Positions 10,294 to 20,374 of a stretch of 64,000 bases of DNA are shown one piece after another. Each line of letters opens with the position of its first letter. The stretch's first letter is position 1. A program made the position numbers and the translations under genes. This stretch comes from Minisyncoccota bacterium (lineage in GTDB: Bacteria; Patescibacteriota; Minisyncoccia; UBA6257; JAGOQP01), in assembly GCA_041661795.1 (NCBI GenBank), contig JBAZTS010000003.1, forward strand, positions 3,939 to 67,938. Direction: 5' to 3'. The notes below the pieces were generated by a model. It had not been told where the DNA came from and did no database searches. It worked only from the letters and a program-made list of their open reading frames with translations.

Positions 10294-11307
10294 TCAGCTG
10301 TTGTTTGTTAATTTCTTGCGCTCTGCCCAATCTTCAACTATTTCTTGCAAGATGATTGTAACAGGAACAGCTAAGATTATTCCCGACAAGCCAGCTATTG
10401 CTCCACCCGCCAACATGGCAACAACAATTAAAACTGGATCTGTACCTATGGCTTTACTCATAACAAATGGAACCAAAGCATGATTTTCTATTTGCTGAAT
10501 AATTGTGAAGATAATCAAAACCAAGAAAGCGGTACTTAAAGATTGAGGAATAGTCACCAAAAAAGCAACGATTCCCACAGTAATTGGTCCAACATAAGGA
10601 ACGAGTTCCAAAATAGCGGCCAAAACCGCCAGCACTAAAGCATATTCAACCCCTAAAACAAGCAAGCTGATAAAAACCATAAATCCAACAAAAAAACTGA
10701 TAACCAATTGACCGCTAAGCCATTTAGCTAATTTTTTTCTGGTTCTCAAATAAAGATCAATGGCATAATTTTCTTTGCTTAATGGAAAAACCGCTTTTAT
10801 AAATCTCTCCACTCCATCTCGGCTTAAAGCCAAATAAAAAGACAAAACCAAAACCACAGAAAAGAAAAGGGCGTTTTCAAGAAGAGAGGAAACAAGATTA
10901 AATCCACTACTCCCTCCGTAGAAAATTCCATCAATAAAACTCTCCAAGTTATTTCCTGCCTGAGAAACCAAATCTCCCGAACCCAAAAAATCCAAAAGCG
11001 GAATTTTAAGAGTGTTAATATTATTAAGGAAATATTTAAGTTGGATAAGAGCCACCGGAACTAATGTATAAAGGAGCAAAGCCATTAAGGCGACCCCTAT
11101 TATAAATATAGAAAGAACACTCAAAAGCCGGGGAATCTTTTTTCTTTCAAGATAAGAAACGGGCTCATGGATGGCCGATGAAATGATTATAGCCAAAAGC
11201 AAAATAACCAAAACATCTCTAATATAAAACAGAGCTACAGCCAAAATAAACATCATAAAAATTTTCCAGAGCGAACCCCAGGAAATGTCAAATGCTTGCT
11301 TTTCCAT
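10294..11307 (-). CDS. AI-2E family transporter
   Basis: Multi-TM protein; LELVPYVG, QQIENHALVP, G..G.ILAVP. Confidence 0.92.
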   Translation of the reverse strand: MEKQAFDISWGSLWKIFMMFILAVALFYIRDVLVILLLAIIISSAIHEPVSYLERKKIPRLLSVLSIFIIGVALMALLLYTLVPVALIQLKYFLNNINTLKIPLLDFLGSGDLVSQAGNNLESFIDGIFYGGSSGFNLVSSLLENALFFSVVLVLSFYLALSRDGVERFIKAVFPLSKENYAIDLYLRTRKKLAKWLSGQLVISFFVGFMVFISLLVLGVEYALVLAVLAAILELVPYVGPITVGIVAFLVTIPQSLSTAFLVLIIFTIIQQIENHALVPFVMSKAIGTDPVLIVVAMLAGGAIAGLSGIILAVPVTIILQEIVEDWAERKKLTNNS

Positions 11308-11349
11308 TAAGCTAAATATACTACAAAAAGATCAAAATTTAAAAGGGAA

Positions 11350-12621
11350 TCAAATCCTAAGAAGCTTTTTAAAGTCGGATTCTTTTTTGTATGGTCCGAT
11401 AACAGCCAAGTTTAATCCCTTGTTTTGAAACACCTGTTTGGCAACCTCCATAACGTCCTTTTTGGAAACTAATTGAAGTTTTTTTATTATTTCTTGAGAT
11501 GAATTAATTTTTCCCAAAATTGTTTCTTGTTCCCCGTAGAAAAAAGCCAAATCGCTTGACGTCTCCAAAGAAAGCATTAAATTTCCAATATAATGGTCTT
11601 TGGCTCTTATTAATTCTTTATCGTTAATTCCATTTTTTAATATTTCTCTTAGTTCATCCAATATCGCCTTTATCGCAATAAATGTTTTTTGGTGATTGAC
11701 GCCGGCAAATATTTCCAAATAGCCATGTGTTTTAAAAAGAGATGGCGATGAGCCCACATAATAAGCCGCCCCCAATTCCTCTCTTACTTTTTGAAACAAA
11801 CGAGAACTCATTCCGCCCCCTAAAATTTCAGAGAGTAGAGCAAGCGGATACTTTTTTGGAGAATTAAGGGCAAACGACTTTAGCCCAAAAATAAAATGGG
11901 TTTGGTCTAAATCTTTTTTAACTATGCTTAATAAGGGACTATTTTGTTTTTCTAAAACATTTTTTGAAATAATTCTTTTGCCCTTGTCTAAATTAGAAAA
12001 ATATTTATCCACCATCTGTCTGGCCTTTTTAGTGTCAATTCTTCCGGCAATAACAACAATCGTCTTTGAACCGTGATAGTGAGAGGAACGATATTTTATA
12101 AAATCGTTTTGAGATATTATTCTTATGTTTTCTTTGGGTCCCGCGATACTCCATCCGGCCGGTTGATTGCCATACATTAATTTATCTAATTCTTCAGAGA
12201 CCTTGGCGCGAGGCTGGTCCTCATACATATTTATCTCTTCTATAATCACCCCCTTCTCTTTTTCTATTTCTTTCTTATTAAAAACGGGGTTTAGGTACAT
12301 ATCAGCCAAAATATCAAAAACTTTGTCCATTTTATTATAAGCCACCTTGGCCCAGTAACCAGTTAAATCTCTGGATGTAAAAGCGTTACTTAGCGCTCCA
12401 AGACCAGCCAATTCACTGGCGATATCCATTGGAGTTGGTCTTTTTTTGGTTCCCTTAAAACACATATGTTCTAAAAAATGCGAGATGCCGTTGTTTTTTT
12501 GGTTTTCATAAGCAGCTCCGGCTTCAACAAAAATCCCCACAGTAACCGAGGGACTTTCTTTTTGTGGTATAACCAACAACCTCAACCCGTTTTTAAAGGT
12601 ATGTTTTATAAAATTAGCCAT
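11350..12621 (-). CDS. M16 family zinc peptidase
   Basis: HFLEH inverted zinc motif, NAFTS, GGGMSSRLFQ.VRE. Confidence 0.95.
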   Translation of the reverse strand: MANFIKHTFKNGLRLLVIPQKESPSVTVGIFVEAGAAYENQKNNGISHFLEHMCFKGTKKRPTPMDIASELAGLGALSNAFTSRDLTGYWAKVAYNKMDKVFDILADMYLNPVFNKKEIEKEKGVIIEEINMYEDQPRAKVSEELDKLMYGNQPAGWSIAGPKENIRIISQNDFIKYRSSHYHGSKTIVVIAGRIDTKKARQMVDKYFSNLDKGKRIISKNVLEKQNSPLLSIVKKDLDQTHFIFGLKSFALNSPKKYPLALLSEILGGGMSSRLFQKVREELGAAYYVGSSPSLFKTHGYLEIFAGVNHQKTFIAIKAILDELREILKNGINDKELIRAKDHYIGNLMLSLETSSDLAFFYGEQETILGKINSSQEIIKKLQLVSKKDVMEVAKQVFQNKGLNLAVIGPYKKESDFKKLLRI

Positions 12622-12630
12622 AATAAAAAT

Positions 12631-13929
12631 TTATTTTAATTTTTCTTTGAGAAAACTTTCTAATTCATCCACGGCTATTCTTTCCTGTTTGGTAGTATTT
12701 CTATCTCTGACTGTAACCGTGTCGTCTTCTAATGTTTGAAAATCAATAGTAAAACAATAAGGAGTTCCAATCTCATCTTGAGAGTAATAACGTTTGCCAA
12801 TATTGCCTCTGGCATCCCATGCAATTAGACCTAAATTTTCTTTTTTCAGATTTTCAAATATGTCACGCGCTTTTTCTACCAATTCTGGTTTATTAGCCAA
12901 TAATGGAAATACAGCGGATTTATAAGGAGCCACTTTAGGATTTAATTTAAGAACAATTCTGTCGCCATCTTCTTCGTAGGCATCAATAATAAGAAAAAGG
13001 AATGTTCTATCAACTCCGCCTGATGTCTCAACAATCCAAGGAATATATTTTTCTTTTGTCTCTTGATCTGTATAATTCAGATCTTTCCCTGAGAATTCTG
13101 AGTGTCTTGATAAATCCCAATCACTGCGCCAGTGTATTCCTTCCATTTCTTTATTACCAAAAGGAGATTTTAGATATTCTATATCAAATGCTTTCTTGGC
13201 ATAGTGAGCTAATTTTTCGTGCTCGTAAAATCCGAGATTATCTGGGTGGGTAAATAGATTTTTATACCAATTCATTCTTTCTTGTTTCCAATAATCAAAC
13301 CATTTTTCCATTTCATCTGGGTGAGTAAACCACTGTAAATCCCATTGTTCAAATTCTCTTTGTCTGTAAAGAAAATTGCCGGGAGTTATCTCATTTCTGA
13401 AAGCCTTTCCAATCTGACAGATACCAAAAGGGACTTTTAGACGAGACGAGTCAACAACGTTTTGGAAATCCAAATAAATTGTCTGACAAGCTTCTCCTCG
13501 CAAATAAGCTCCCATTTTTTCTCCCTCGATAATACCAAGCTCAGTGGGAACTAAAATATTAAAATTTTTAGGGTCAGTTAACCCTCCTCCGCAATCGGGA
13601 CAAATGCCACCCTCAATGTCGTCTGCTTTAAAACGATGGTGGCAACTTTTGCATTCCACCAACGGGTCCACAAAGCTTTTTAAATGACCACTGGCTTCCC
13701 ATACTTTTGGATGAGTAATAATAGCTCCGTCTATTCCAACAATATTTTCGTGTTCAATAGTCATCGAACCCCACCAGAGACGTTTTAGATTATTTTTCAT
13801 CTCAACGCCCAGCGGGCCAAAATCATAAAAACCTTGAAGTCCCCCGTAAATTTCAGAACCGGGGAACACAAAACCTCTTCTTTTGCACAGAGAAACTATT
13901 TTTTCCATTAAATTGTCTTTTTCTGACAT
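12631..13929 (-). CDS. glyQS: Glycine--tRNA ligase (alpha2 type)
   Basis: KRRGF..GSEIYGG, GKAFRNEITP, IGKRY..QDEIGTP. Confidence 0.96.
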   Translation of the reverse strand: MSEKDNLMEKIVSLCKRRGFVFPGSEIYGGLQGFYDFGPLGVEMKNNLKRLWWGSMTIEHENIVGIDGAIITHPKVWEASGHLKSFVDPLVECKSCHHRFKADDIEGGICPDCGGGLTDPKNFNILVPTELGIIEGEKMGAYLRGEACQTIYLDFQNVVDSSRLKVPFGICQIGKAFRNEITPGNFLYRQREFEQWDLQWFTHPDEMEKWFDYWKQERMNWYKNLFTHPDNLGFYEHEKLAHYAKKAFDIEYLKSPFGNKEMEGIHWRSDWDLSRHSEFSGKDLNYTDQETKEKYIPWIVETSGGVDRTFLFLIIDAYEEDGDRIVLKLNPKVAPYKSAVFPLLANKPELVEKARDIFENLKKENLGLIAWDARGNIGKRYYSQDEIGTPYCFTIDFQTLEDDTVTVRDRNTTKQERIAVDELESFLKEKLK

Positions 13930-13952
13930 GTTTTTTATTAATCAGTTTAAGT

Positions 13953-15830
13953 TTATGGGGCAACTCTGTCAAACTTGGGTGGCAAAAGAGCGTCGCTCAA
14001 ATTTCTTGAATCTATTTCCCTGGAGGATAGATTTATGTTTCTTTTTATAAATTCATCAAACCCGGAAAGATTGGCTTGAGAGATTATACCAAAGCTCTGG
14101 TCAGTCTGAGTTGAAGAAGGAATAACCTCAACCTGGAAAATTGCCTCCGGTCCCGGTTCTATTACACCTTTATTGGCTTGAATATTAGGAATATCCCAAA
14201 CGATTTCCTGAGTTCTTGAATTGTAAAAAGGAACCGTGGATATATTTGATTTAACTTTCCCGGTCCAGCCAACTCCCGTTCCCAAAGAAGCTTTTATTTT
14301 TATTCCGCTAAAATCCGATGCCAAGGTTTTTAAGTTCCAATGAATCGTATATTGGGTCGGATTCCCTACTTTAGGAGGCAACGACCCGTTGTTTGTAATA
14401 TCTGAAGACGGTTCATCAAAATACACTTTTTGTGAAAAATCTAATTTACCCGATATTTTATATTCCGATTCGCTTACACCCAAAGTTTTTGAAGCTATCA
14501 CGTTTGCTGGAACCGTAGGAGAAGATATTTCTCCAAAAACTTTGATGGTAAAATTTTTGTCTGATAATTTTGAAATTGGAAATTGGTCCTTTATTTTTAT
14601 ATTAAAAGAAGCCGACCCAGAGGCTTTAGTGTTGAGTTCTTTTAAAATTGGCAGATTGGTGGCTGTCCAGGTTATTGATCTGTCGGCGTCGTTGAAATAC
14701 CCGGAACTATCTATAGAAGAAAAATCAAACATTTCTCCCTTGGGACGAACAACTAAAATGACATCCGACAAGGTCTCATTAGAATTATTGGAAAAGTTTA
14801 CCAGAAATCCGGCATTGGCTCCCGGACTTACAAAACCATTTTCATTAGAGAGAGATATCTGAATATTAAGAAGGGAGGGACTAATAGATAGAGAAACGGA
14901 CTGAGAGCCAACGTCATAATAACCAAAGTCCGTTTTTACCTGAGCCAAGGCCTCTATGTTTAAAAAAGAATATTCTTTTCCTATTATTATTCCCGAAAGA
15001 ATAATAACTCCTTTGGTTTTTGGATTGATATTTAATATTTTAATAGAAGAATTTTCCAGAGTCGGTTCTGAATTGCTAAGCTTAAACTCTTGAGGAAGTT
15101 TAAAATTAATAATGGTTTCTGGCAAAATTTCATCACTAATGTTTTGATATTCAAGCGACATTTCAAAATCCTCACCGTTAAAAACCTTCTCGGGAGCATT
15201 TAAATCTAAATTTATGACCGAATCCCTAACCAGCACCTCAAAAGATGTTTTTTTATCAAAACGACTGGCAAAAGCCGACCCTTCGTAAGTGTAAGATATA
15301 GAAGCATTAATTTGATAGGTTTTAGGAAAAGACCCAGTAGCTATCAACTTAAATTCATCTTTAATTATCTGTCCGGGAGTGATTATCCCCCTATCTTGGG
15401 TTGTTATCTTCTTATTTCGGTCTTCATAAAAATAGATTCCGTCAGGCAAAGACAAAGAGAGTTTGGAATCAATCAGTTTTTTTGTGGAAAGATTTTCAAA
15501 ATTTAAAGAAACGGAAAATGGGGACCCTACTAAAACCTCCTTGGGACCAGAGGTCTCTAAAGAAACGTCTTTGGTGGTAAAATATTGGAAAAGATAATAA
15601 CCGGCTATTCCAGTCAAAACTAAAAGAACCGTCACAAGAAATATGATAAAAAGTTTTGCCGGACCTATTGATTTTGGGCTTTTGTTTTTAATTTTTTCTT
15701 CACCGTTCTGCCAAGGATTTTCCACCCTCAAATCAACCTTTTCTTGATTTTTGCTTTTTTTAGAACCGCCCCCGATTCTTTCTTCTTTTTTTTGCCCGTA
15801 AAGTTCTCTTTCTAAATCTTCTAAACTCAT
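13953..15830 (-). CDS. Membrane-anchored multi-Ig-like (DUF11-like) protein
   Basis: One N-terminal TM followed by repeated beta-rich domains. Confidence 0.6.
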   Translation of the reverse strand: MSLEDLERELYGQKKEERIGGGSKKSKNQEKVDLRVENPWQNGEEKIKNKSPKSIGPAKLFIIFLVTVLLVLTGIAGYYLFQYFTTKDVSLETSGPKEVLVGSPFSVSLNFENLSTKKLIDSKLSLSLPDGIYFYEDRNKKITTQDRGIITPGQIIKDEFKLIATGSFPKTYQINASISYTYEGSAFASRFDKKTSFEVLVRDSVINLDLNAPEKVFNGEDFEMSLEYQNISDEILPETIINFKLPQEFKLSNSEPTLENSSIKILNINPKTKGVIILSGIIIGKEYSFLNIEALAQVKTDFGYYDVGSQSVSLSISPSLLNIQISLSNENGFVSPGANAGFLVNFSNNSNETLSDVILVVRPKGEMFDFSSIDSSGYFNDADRSITWTATNLPILKELNTKASGSASFNIKIKDQFPISKLSDKNFTIKVFGEISSPTVPANVIASKTLGVSESEYKISGKLDFSQKVYFDEPSSDITNNGSLPPKVGNPTQYTIHWNLKTLASDFSGIKIKASLGTGVGWTGKVKSNISTVPFYNSRTQEIVWDIPNIQANKGVIEPGPEAIFQVEVIPSSTQTDQSFGIISQANLSGFDEFIKRNINLSSREIDSRNLSDALLPPKFDRVAP

Positions 15831-16372
15831 GTCAATAATATTACTTTATCTTGAGGTATTTTCAAAGAGTGCTCTTTGCATAAAAAAATATGATCGTGTT
15901 TATGAAATGAAAAAATGTCTTTGGAGTGGCAGGAAAAGCACTCTCCTTCTTTTGGATCAAACCCCAGCACCAAGAGAAGAGCTCTTGTCACTTCTGAATA
16001 TTCAAACTTTTTCCCCATTATCCCAACCATAAAAGCCCAGAGCTTTCTATCGGTTTGAAGCTCAAAAGCCATAGAGTCAATAAGGCCAAGAATAGGAAGC
16101 ATATCAAATCTCTTTTCTGGCCAAGACAAATCTTCATCTCTAACGCAGTCAATAATAGAAAACCCGTCCCTTGGACCGGCTAATTTTATCAAGCGGACTT
16201 TTATGAAATTGAGGGGTTGGATATGAGCCGAGAGTTTTGATTTTATTTTCCTGATACTTTTGGCCCTGGCCACAATTTTGCCATAATCCTGGGTAAACAA
16301 AGAGATGAGTCCATCAACTTCGTTTATGTCTCTACGTCCCAAGACCAATGCTCTAGTGTAAAACTCCTTCAT
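15827..16372 (-). CDS. recO: DNA repair protein RecO
   Basis: ALVL....E.D.....FT..YGK....AKSIRKIKSKL; C-terminal zinc-finger remnant. Confidence 0.9.
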   Translation of the reverse strand: MKEFYTRALVLGRRDINEVDGLISLFTQDYGKIVARAKSIRKIKSKLSAHIQPLNFIKVRLIKLAGPRDGFSIIDCVRDEDLSWPEKRFDMLPILGLIDSMAFELQTDRKLWAFMVGIMGKKFEYSEVTRALLLVLGFDPKEGECFSCHSKDIFSFHKHDHIFLCKEHSLKIPQDKVILLT

Positions 16373-16452
16373 TAATCAATAATAACCCATTTAGGCATCA
16401 AAAAGCCAAAAACTTTGAAATGCGCCCCTTCTTGAACTTCTACTGCCCGGGC

Positions 16453-16480
16453 TTGACTTCTATAAAAGAGGGAGTATAAT
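16453..16480 (+). promoter_or_regulatory. Sigma70-type promoter of the 3D-domain gene
   Basis: TTGACT-16 nt-TATAAT. Confidence 0.7.
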
Positions 16481-16531
16481 AGTAGGAATCGTGCAGAGAG
16501 CGCGATTTTTTAATGTAAAAACAACAAAAAT

Positions 16532-17059
16532 ATGGCTAAATATATAGTAATAATGGCTCTAATAACATCTTCCCTCTCAACTTCATTGGTTGGCGCTAAG
16601 TTGTTTTCAATGGAAAAAGAGGTGGGTAAGGAGGTTATTTCTGGGTTTAGCGCTAAGGCCTTGGCTCAGGGCATTGTAATACCCCAAGATAGCAACGACA
16701 CCGTTGCTTTTGAGGATTCAGTCAGAGAGAGACCCACTGCTAACTTTGTGGAAGAATATGAGAATGGCAGTTCATTGGTGGTTTGGGCTACCGGATATTC
16801 AAGTGAACCCGAACAAACCGACGATACTCCTTTTATCACAGCTTCTGGATCAACCGTAAGAGATGGGGTGGCCGCCGCTAACTTCCTTCCTATGGGAACA
16901 AGATTTAGAGTGCCGGAGATTTATAAAAACAAAATTTTTACCGTGGAAGATAGAATGAATTCAAGGTTTGGCAACCAGCAAATAGTGGACATCTGGTTTG
17001 AAGACACAAATGACGCTCATGAATTTGGAAGAAAGATTGTAGCAATTGAACTTCTTTAA
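16532..17059 (+). CDS. 3D-domain (MltA-like) putative cell-wall hydrolase
   Basis: ATGYSS...QTDDTPFITASG, AANFLP.GT, VEDR, VDIWF. Confidence 0.88.
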   Translation: MAKYIVIMALITSSLSTSLVGAKLFSMEKEVGKEVISGFSAKALAQGIVIPQDSNDTVAFEDSVRERPTANFVEEYENGSSLVVWATGYSSEPEQTDDTPFITASGSTVRDGVAAANFLPMGTRFRVPEIYKNKIFTVEDRMNSRFGNQQIVDIWFEDTNDAHEFGRKIVAIELL

Positions 17060-17060
17060 T

Positions 17061-17095
17061 AATAAAAACCCCCGGATAATGCGGGGGTTTTTATT
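17061..17095. terminator. Bidirectional intrinsic terminator
   Basis: aataaaaacccccg-7 nt-cgggggtttttatt between convergent genes. Confidence 0.85.
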
Positions 17096-17114
17096 TAATT
17101 TACTTGATTAAAAA

Positions 17115-19250
17115 CTATTGGTTGGCACCCAACGCTTTTATAGATAACCCAACTTTTCCATTTTCTTCTACTTTGATTATTTTGGCCTTAACTCGGTCGC
17201 CTAATTTAACCACATCGGTTACTTTTTGAACAAATCCGTTTTTAAGTTCCGAAACATGTATCATTCCGTCTTTCCCTCCTCCTAGATCCAAAATTGCTCC
17301 AAAATCCAATATTTTTATAATCTCTCCTTCTATAACTTCCCCCACTTCAAACTCGTGAGTCATGCTTTTTATAAAGTCACTGGCTTTTTGAGCTTTTTCA
17401 AGAGAATCAGCCGAGACAAATACTTTCCCGGAATCATCAATGTCGATTGATTGGAGTTTAAAATCTTCAATCATCCCATTTATCATTTTCCCTCCGGGTC
17501 CTATAACCATTCCTATCTGATAGGGCTTAACGTTGACGGTTAAAATAATAGGAGCATATGCGGAAAGTTCTTTTTTGGGTTCTGCTATTGTTTTTTCTAT
17601 TAAATCCAAAATCTGATATCTGGCTTTCTGGGCCTGAACAAGAGTTTTGGAAAAAATCTCACTGTTAATGCCCTCTATTTTTACATCCATTTGAACGGCG
17701 GTTATTCCACTTCTAGTGCCGGCAACTTTCAAATCCATGTCTCCATAATGGTCTTCTGGGCCTTGAATATCGGTAAGAATTTTAAACTCTTCACTTTGAT
17801 TTTTTGGGTCGTATCCTTGGTGAGTAACAAGACCCATGGCAATTCCTGCCACCGGTTTTCTTATCGGTACCCCGGCATCCATCAAAGATAAAGTAGCCGA
17901 ACAAGCCGAAGCCATAGAAGAAGAACCGTTAGATGAAAGAATTTCTGAGACAACTCGAATTGTGTAAGGAAATTCTTCTTGAGAAGGAATTACCGATCTT
18001 AGCGCTTTCTCCGCTAACGCTCCGTGGCCTATTTCCCTTCTTCCCGGCATTCCCAATTTCCCTATTTCTCCAGTTGAGTAAGGAGGAAAGTTGTAATGAA
18101 GCATAAATCTTCTTTTTACCAATCCTTCCATGGTTTCTGTCATCTGTTCCGATCCGGGAGCAGCCAAAGTAGTCACTGCTAAACTTTGCGTTTCGCCTCT
18201 CATAAAAAGAGCCGAACCGTGAAGACGTTTAAAAAGTCCGACATAAGCCAAAAGAGGCCTAATCTCATCTAGCTTTCTACCGTCAGGTCTTTTTTCTTGG
18301 GCTAAAATATTTTTGTGAACTATCTCGTTGATTAAATCCTCCCAAACGGACTCAACTAATTCTAAGTTTTCCATTTGAAGAGATTTTAAATGTTCGAAAA
18401 GTTCTTCTTTGACGGCAGAGATGGAATTATTTCTTTCCGCTCTGTTTTCTATATAAAGAGCTCCTTCCAATTTTTCTTTAACAAAAGATTTAACAGCTTC
18501 CTCAAGTTGTTTGTCGGTTTGTAAAAGAACAACCTCCGTTTTTGGCTTGCTAACTTCTTTTATTATTTCTTTTTGAAAAGAGATAAGTTTTTTTATTTCT
18601 TCAAATCCGGCAACAAAACTTTCTTCAACATCTTTTTCAGAAGCGTCTTTCCCTCCAAGTTCTATCATGTTAATTCTTTTTTCAGTTCCCGAATAAAATG
18701 CTTCAAAACCCCCAACCTCTTCCAAGGCCGGAGTGATTTGACTGTTAAGAGGGCTAAAAATAAACCCGTCTTTATTTTTTATTACCCTCACTCCAGCCAC
18801 AGGGCCATCCCAAGGAATATCAGACATTCCTAATACTAATGAAGAAGCGACTAAAGCCAGAAAATCCGGGTCGTTTTCTTCATCATAAGAAAGAACCGTA
18901 ACGACAATTTGAACATCTCTTCTTAGGCGATGATCAAATAAAGGTCTAATACTCCTATCTATCAACCTTCCCGAAAGAACCGCCGGGTCCGAAGGTCTTC
19001 CTTCTCTTCTTATAAATCTACTGCCAATAATTTTTCCCGCGGCATAAAATCTTTCCTCGTAATCCACCGAGAGAGGAAAATAATCAGTTTTTTTATCTTC
19101 TTTTCCCATAACCGCCGTTACTAAAACCGAAGTATCTCCGTATTGTCCGATAACCGAGGCGTTGGCCTGGCCGGCAATATCAGAAATTATAAACTTAAGC
19201 TCTCTTCCAAAAAAAGGAAGAGAAAACTCTTTTTTGTTTTGTATATTCAT
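17115..19250 (-). CDS. pnp: Polyribonucleotide nucleotidyltransferase
   Basis: Two RNase PH domains (RREGRPS, RREIGHG, SNGSSSMAS, EDHYGDMD), KH and S1 domains. Confidence 0.98.
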   Translation of the reverse strand: MNIQNKKEFSLPFFGRELKFIISDIAGQANASVIGQYGDTSVLVTAVMGKEDKKTDYFPLSVDYEERFYAAGKIIGSRFIRREGRPSDPAVLSGRLIDRSIRPLFDHRLRRDVQIVVTVLSYDEENDPDFLALVASSLVLGMSDIPWDGPVAGVRVIKNKDGFIFSPLNSQITPALEEVGGFEAFYSGTEKRINMIELGGKDASEKDVEESFVAGFEEIKKLISFQKEIIKEVSKPKTEVVLLQTDKQLEEAVKSFVKEKLEGALYIENRAERNNSISAVKEELFEHLKSLQMENLELVESVWEDLINEIVHKNILAQEKRPDGRKLDEIRPLLAYVGLFKRLHGSALFMRGETQSLAVTTLAAPGSEQMTETMEGLVKRRFMLHYNFPPYSTGEIGKLGMPGRREIGHGALAEKALRSVIPSQEEFPYTIRVVSEILSSNGSSSMASACSATLSLMDAGVPIRKPVAGIAMGLVTHQGYDPKNQSEEFKILTDIQGPEDHYGDMDLKVAGTRSGITAVQMDVKIEGINSEIFSKTLVQAQKARYQILDLIEKTIAEPKKELSAYAPIILTVNVKPYQIGMVIGPGGKMINGMIEDFKLQSIDIDDSGKVFVSADSLEKAQKASDFIKSMTHEFEVGEVIEGEIIKILDFGAILDLGGGKDGMIHVSELKNGFVQKVTDVVKLGDRVKAKIIKVEENGKVGLSIKALGANQ

Positions 19251-19257
19251 TTTTTTT

Positions 19258-19350
19258 AAATCTCAAACCCCAAGCACCAAATTCTAAATAAATTTAAAAT
19301 CTTAAATTTCAAACTTGTTTAGATTTTAGTATTCGGAATCTGAAAACTTT
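19258..19350. repeat. Empty heptamer-repeat inverted element (four-helix-bundle flank family)
   Basis: aaatctcaaaccccaagcaccaaattctaaa...tttagattttagtattcggaatc; similar to 62389-62497 and the 63067/63490 arms. Confidence 0.65.
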
Positions 19351-19356
19351 ATTTAA

Positions 19357-19914
19357 TTATTTAATATTTTTTGACCTTAATAATATTTTTTGATTTTTGT
19401 CCAAATCAATGTAAACATCAGCCACTTCTTTTAACTTGGCCGAAGTGCTTCTTCCAAAAGAAACCACCTCAACTTGTCGTCCAAGTCCCCATTTTAAGTA
19501 TTCGACCAAAGGACAAAAGTCGCCATCTCCAGTGACAAGGACAATAACGTCTAAAAACGACGCCATTCTAACGGCATCTACCGCCATACCAACATCCCAG
19601 TCGGCTTTTTTGGCTCCACCGGCAAAAATTTGTAAATCTTTAATTCGTAAGTCCATTCCTCCTTTTTCCAAAGCGTCAAAAAAAGTCGCCTCCGGAGTTT
19701 TTGGGGCGAACCTCGCTCCTTCGGAGCGGGCGCTTTCACCTAAAGAAGTGTCGCTTTTAACCACATACCCTATGGCTCTTATTAACTGTCTTTGGCCAAC
19801 AATATATTTTAACAACTGACCAAAATTAACCCTGGAACTATAGAGGTGTTTAGCCGAATGGTAGAGGTTCTGTATATCAACAAAAACTCCAACTCTCTGA
19901 TCTTTATATTGCAT
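19357..19914 (-). CDS. NYN-domain (LabA/DUF88) protein with a hairpin-derived insert
   Basis: VFVDIQN, KADWDVGMAVD, TGDGDF; extra segment SARSEGARFAPKTPE. Confidence 0.92.
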   Translation of the reverse strand: MQYKDQRVGVFVDIQNLYHSAKHLYSSRVNFGQLLKYIVGQRQLIRAIGYVVKSDTSLGESARSEGARFAPKTPEATFFDALEKGGMDLRIKDLQIFAGGAKKADWDVGMAVDAVRMASFLDVIVLVTGDGDFCPLVEYLKWGLGRQVEVVSFGRSTSAKLKEVADVYIDLDKNQKILLRSKNIK

Positions 19915-19915
19915 T

Positions 19916-20182
19916 TTATTTCTTTAACCCCAGTTTTTTTACCACCTTGGCATATGATTTCTCGTCGTTTTTAGCTAAGTAGTCCAAAAGCTTTCTCCTT
20001 TTGGAAACCATCTTCAAAAGGCCCCTTCTGGAAGAATTATCCTTTAAATGACCCTTAAGGTGTTTTGCTAATTCGTCAATCTGTTTTGTTAAAAGTCCAA
20101 CCTGAACCTGGGCCGAACCAGTATCACCATCGTGAACCTGAACTTCTTTTATAACATTTTGTTTTTTTCGTATAGTAAGCAT
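19916..20182 (-). CDS. rpsO: 30S ribosomal protein S15
   Basis: HDGDTGS..VQV, H.KD.SSRRGLLKMV.KRR.LL.YL; start at ATG 20182. Confidence 0.97.
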   Translation of the reverse strand: MLTIRKKQNVIKEVQVHDGDTGSAQVQVGLLTKQIDELAKHLKGHLKDNSSRRGLLKMVSKRRKLLDYLAKNDEKSYAKVVKKLGLKK

Positions 20183-20226
20183 CAGAGCAATAATACACGA
20201 TTTTTTTGTAATAGTCAATTACTGCC

Positions 20227-20323
20227 TTTCAGAAAAGATTTTGGGACGCGGGTATTTTTCTACTAAAAAATCCCTCTAGTTCAGCCCATCGGCTTCCGCA
20301 TGGTCCCAAAACCTTTTCTGAAA
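20227..20323. repeat. 97-bp element with 21-bp terminal inverted repeats
   Basis: tttcagaaaagattttgggac ... gtcccaaaaccttttctgaaa (1 mismatch), with internal hairpins. Confidence 0.75.
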
Positions 20324-20374
20324 ATAATAACCAAAACTGTTTTCTAGTGTCGCAAAATAATATATACTAACGTC

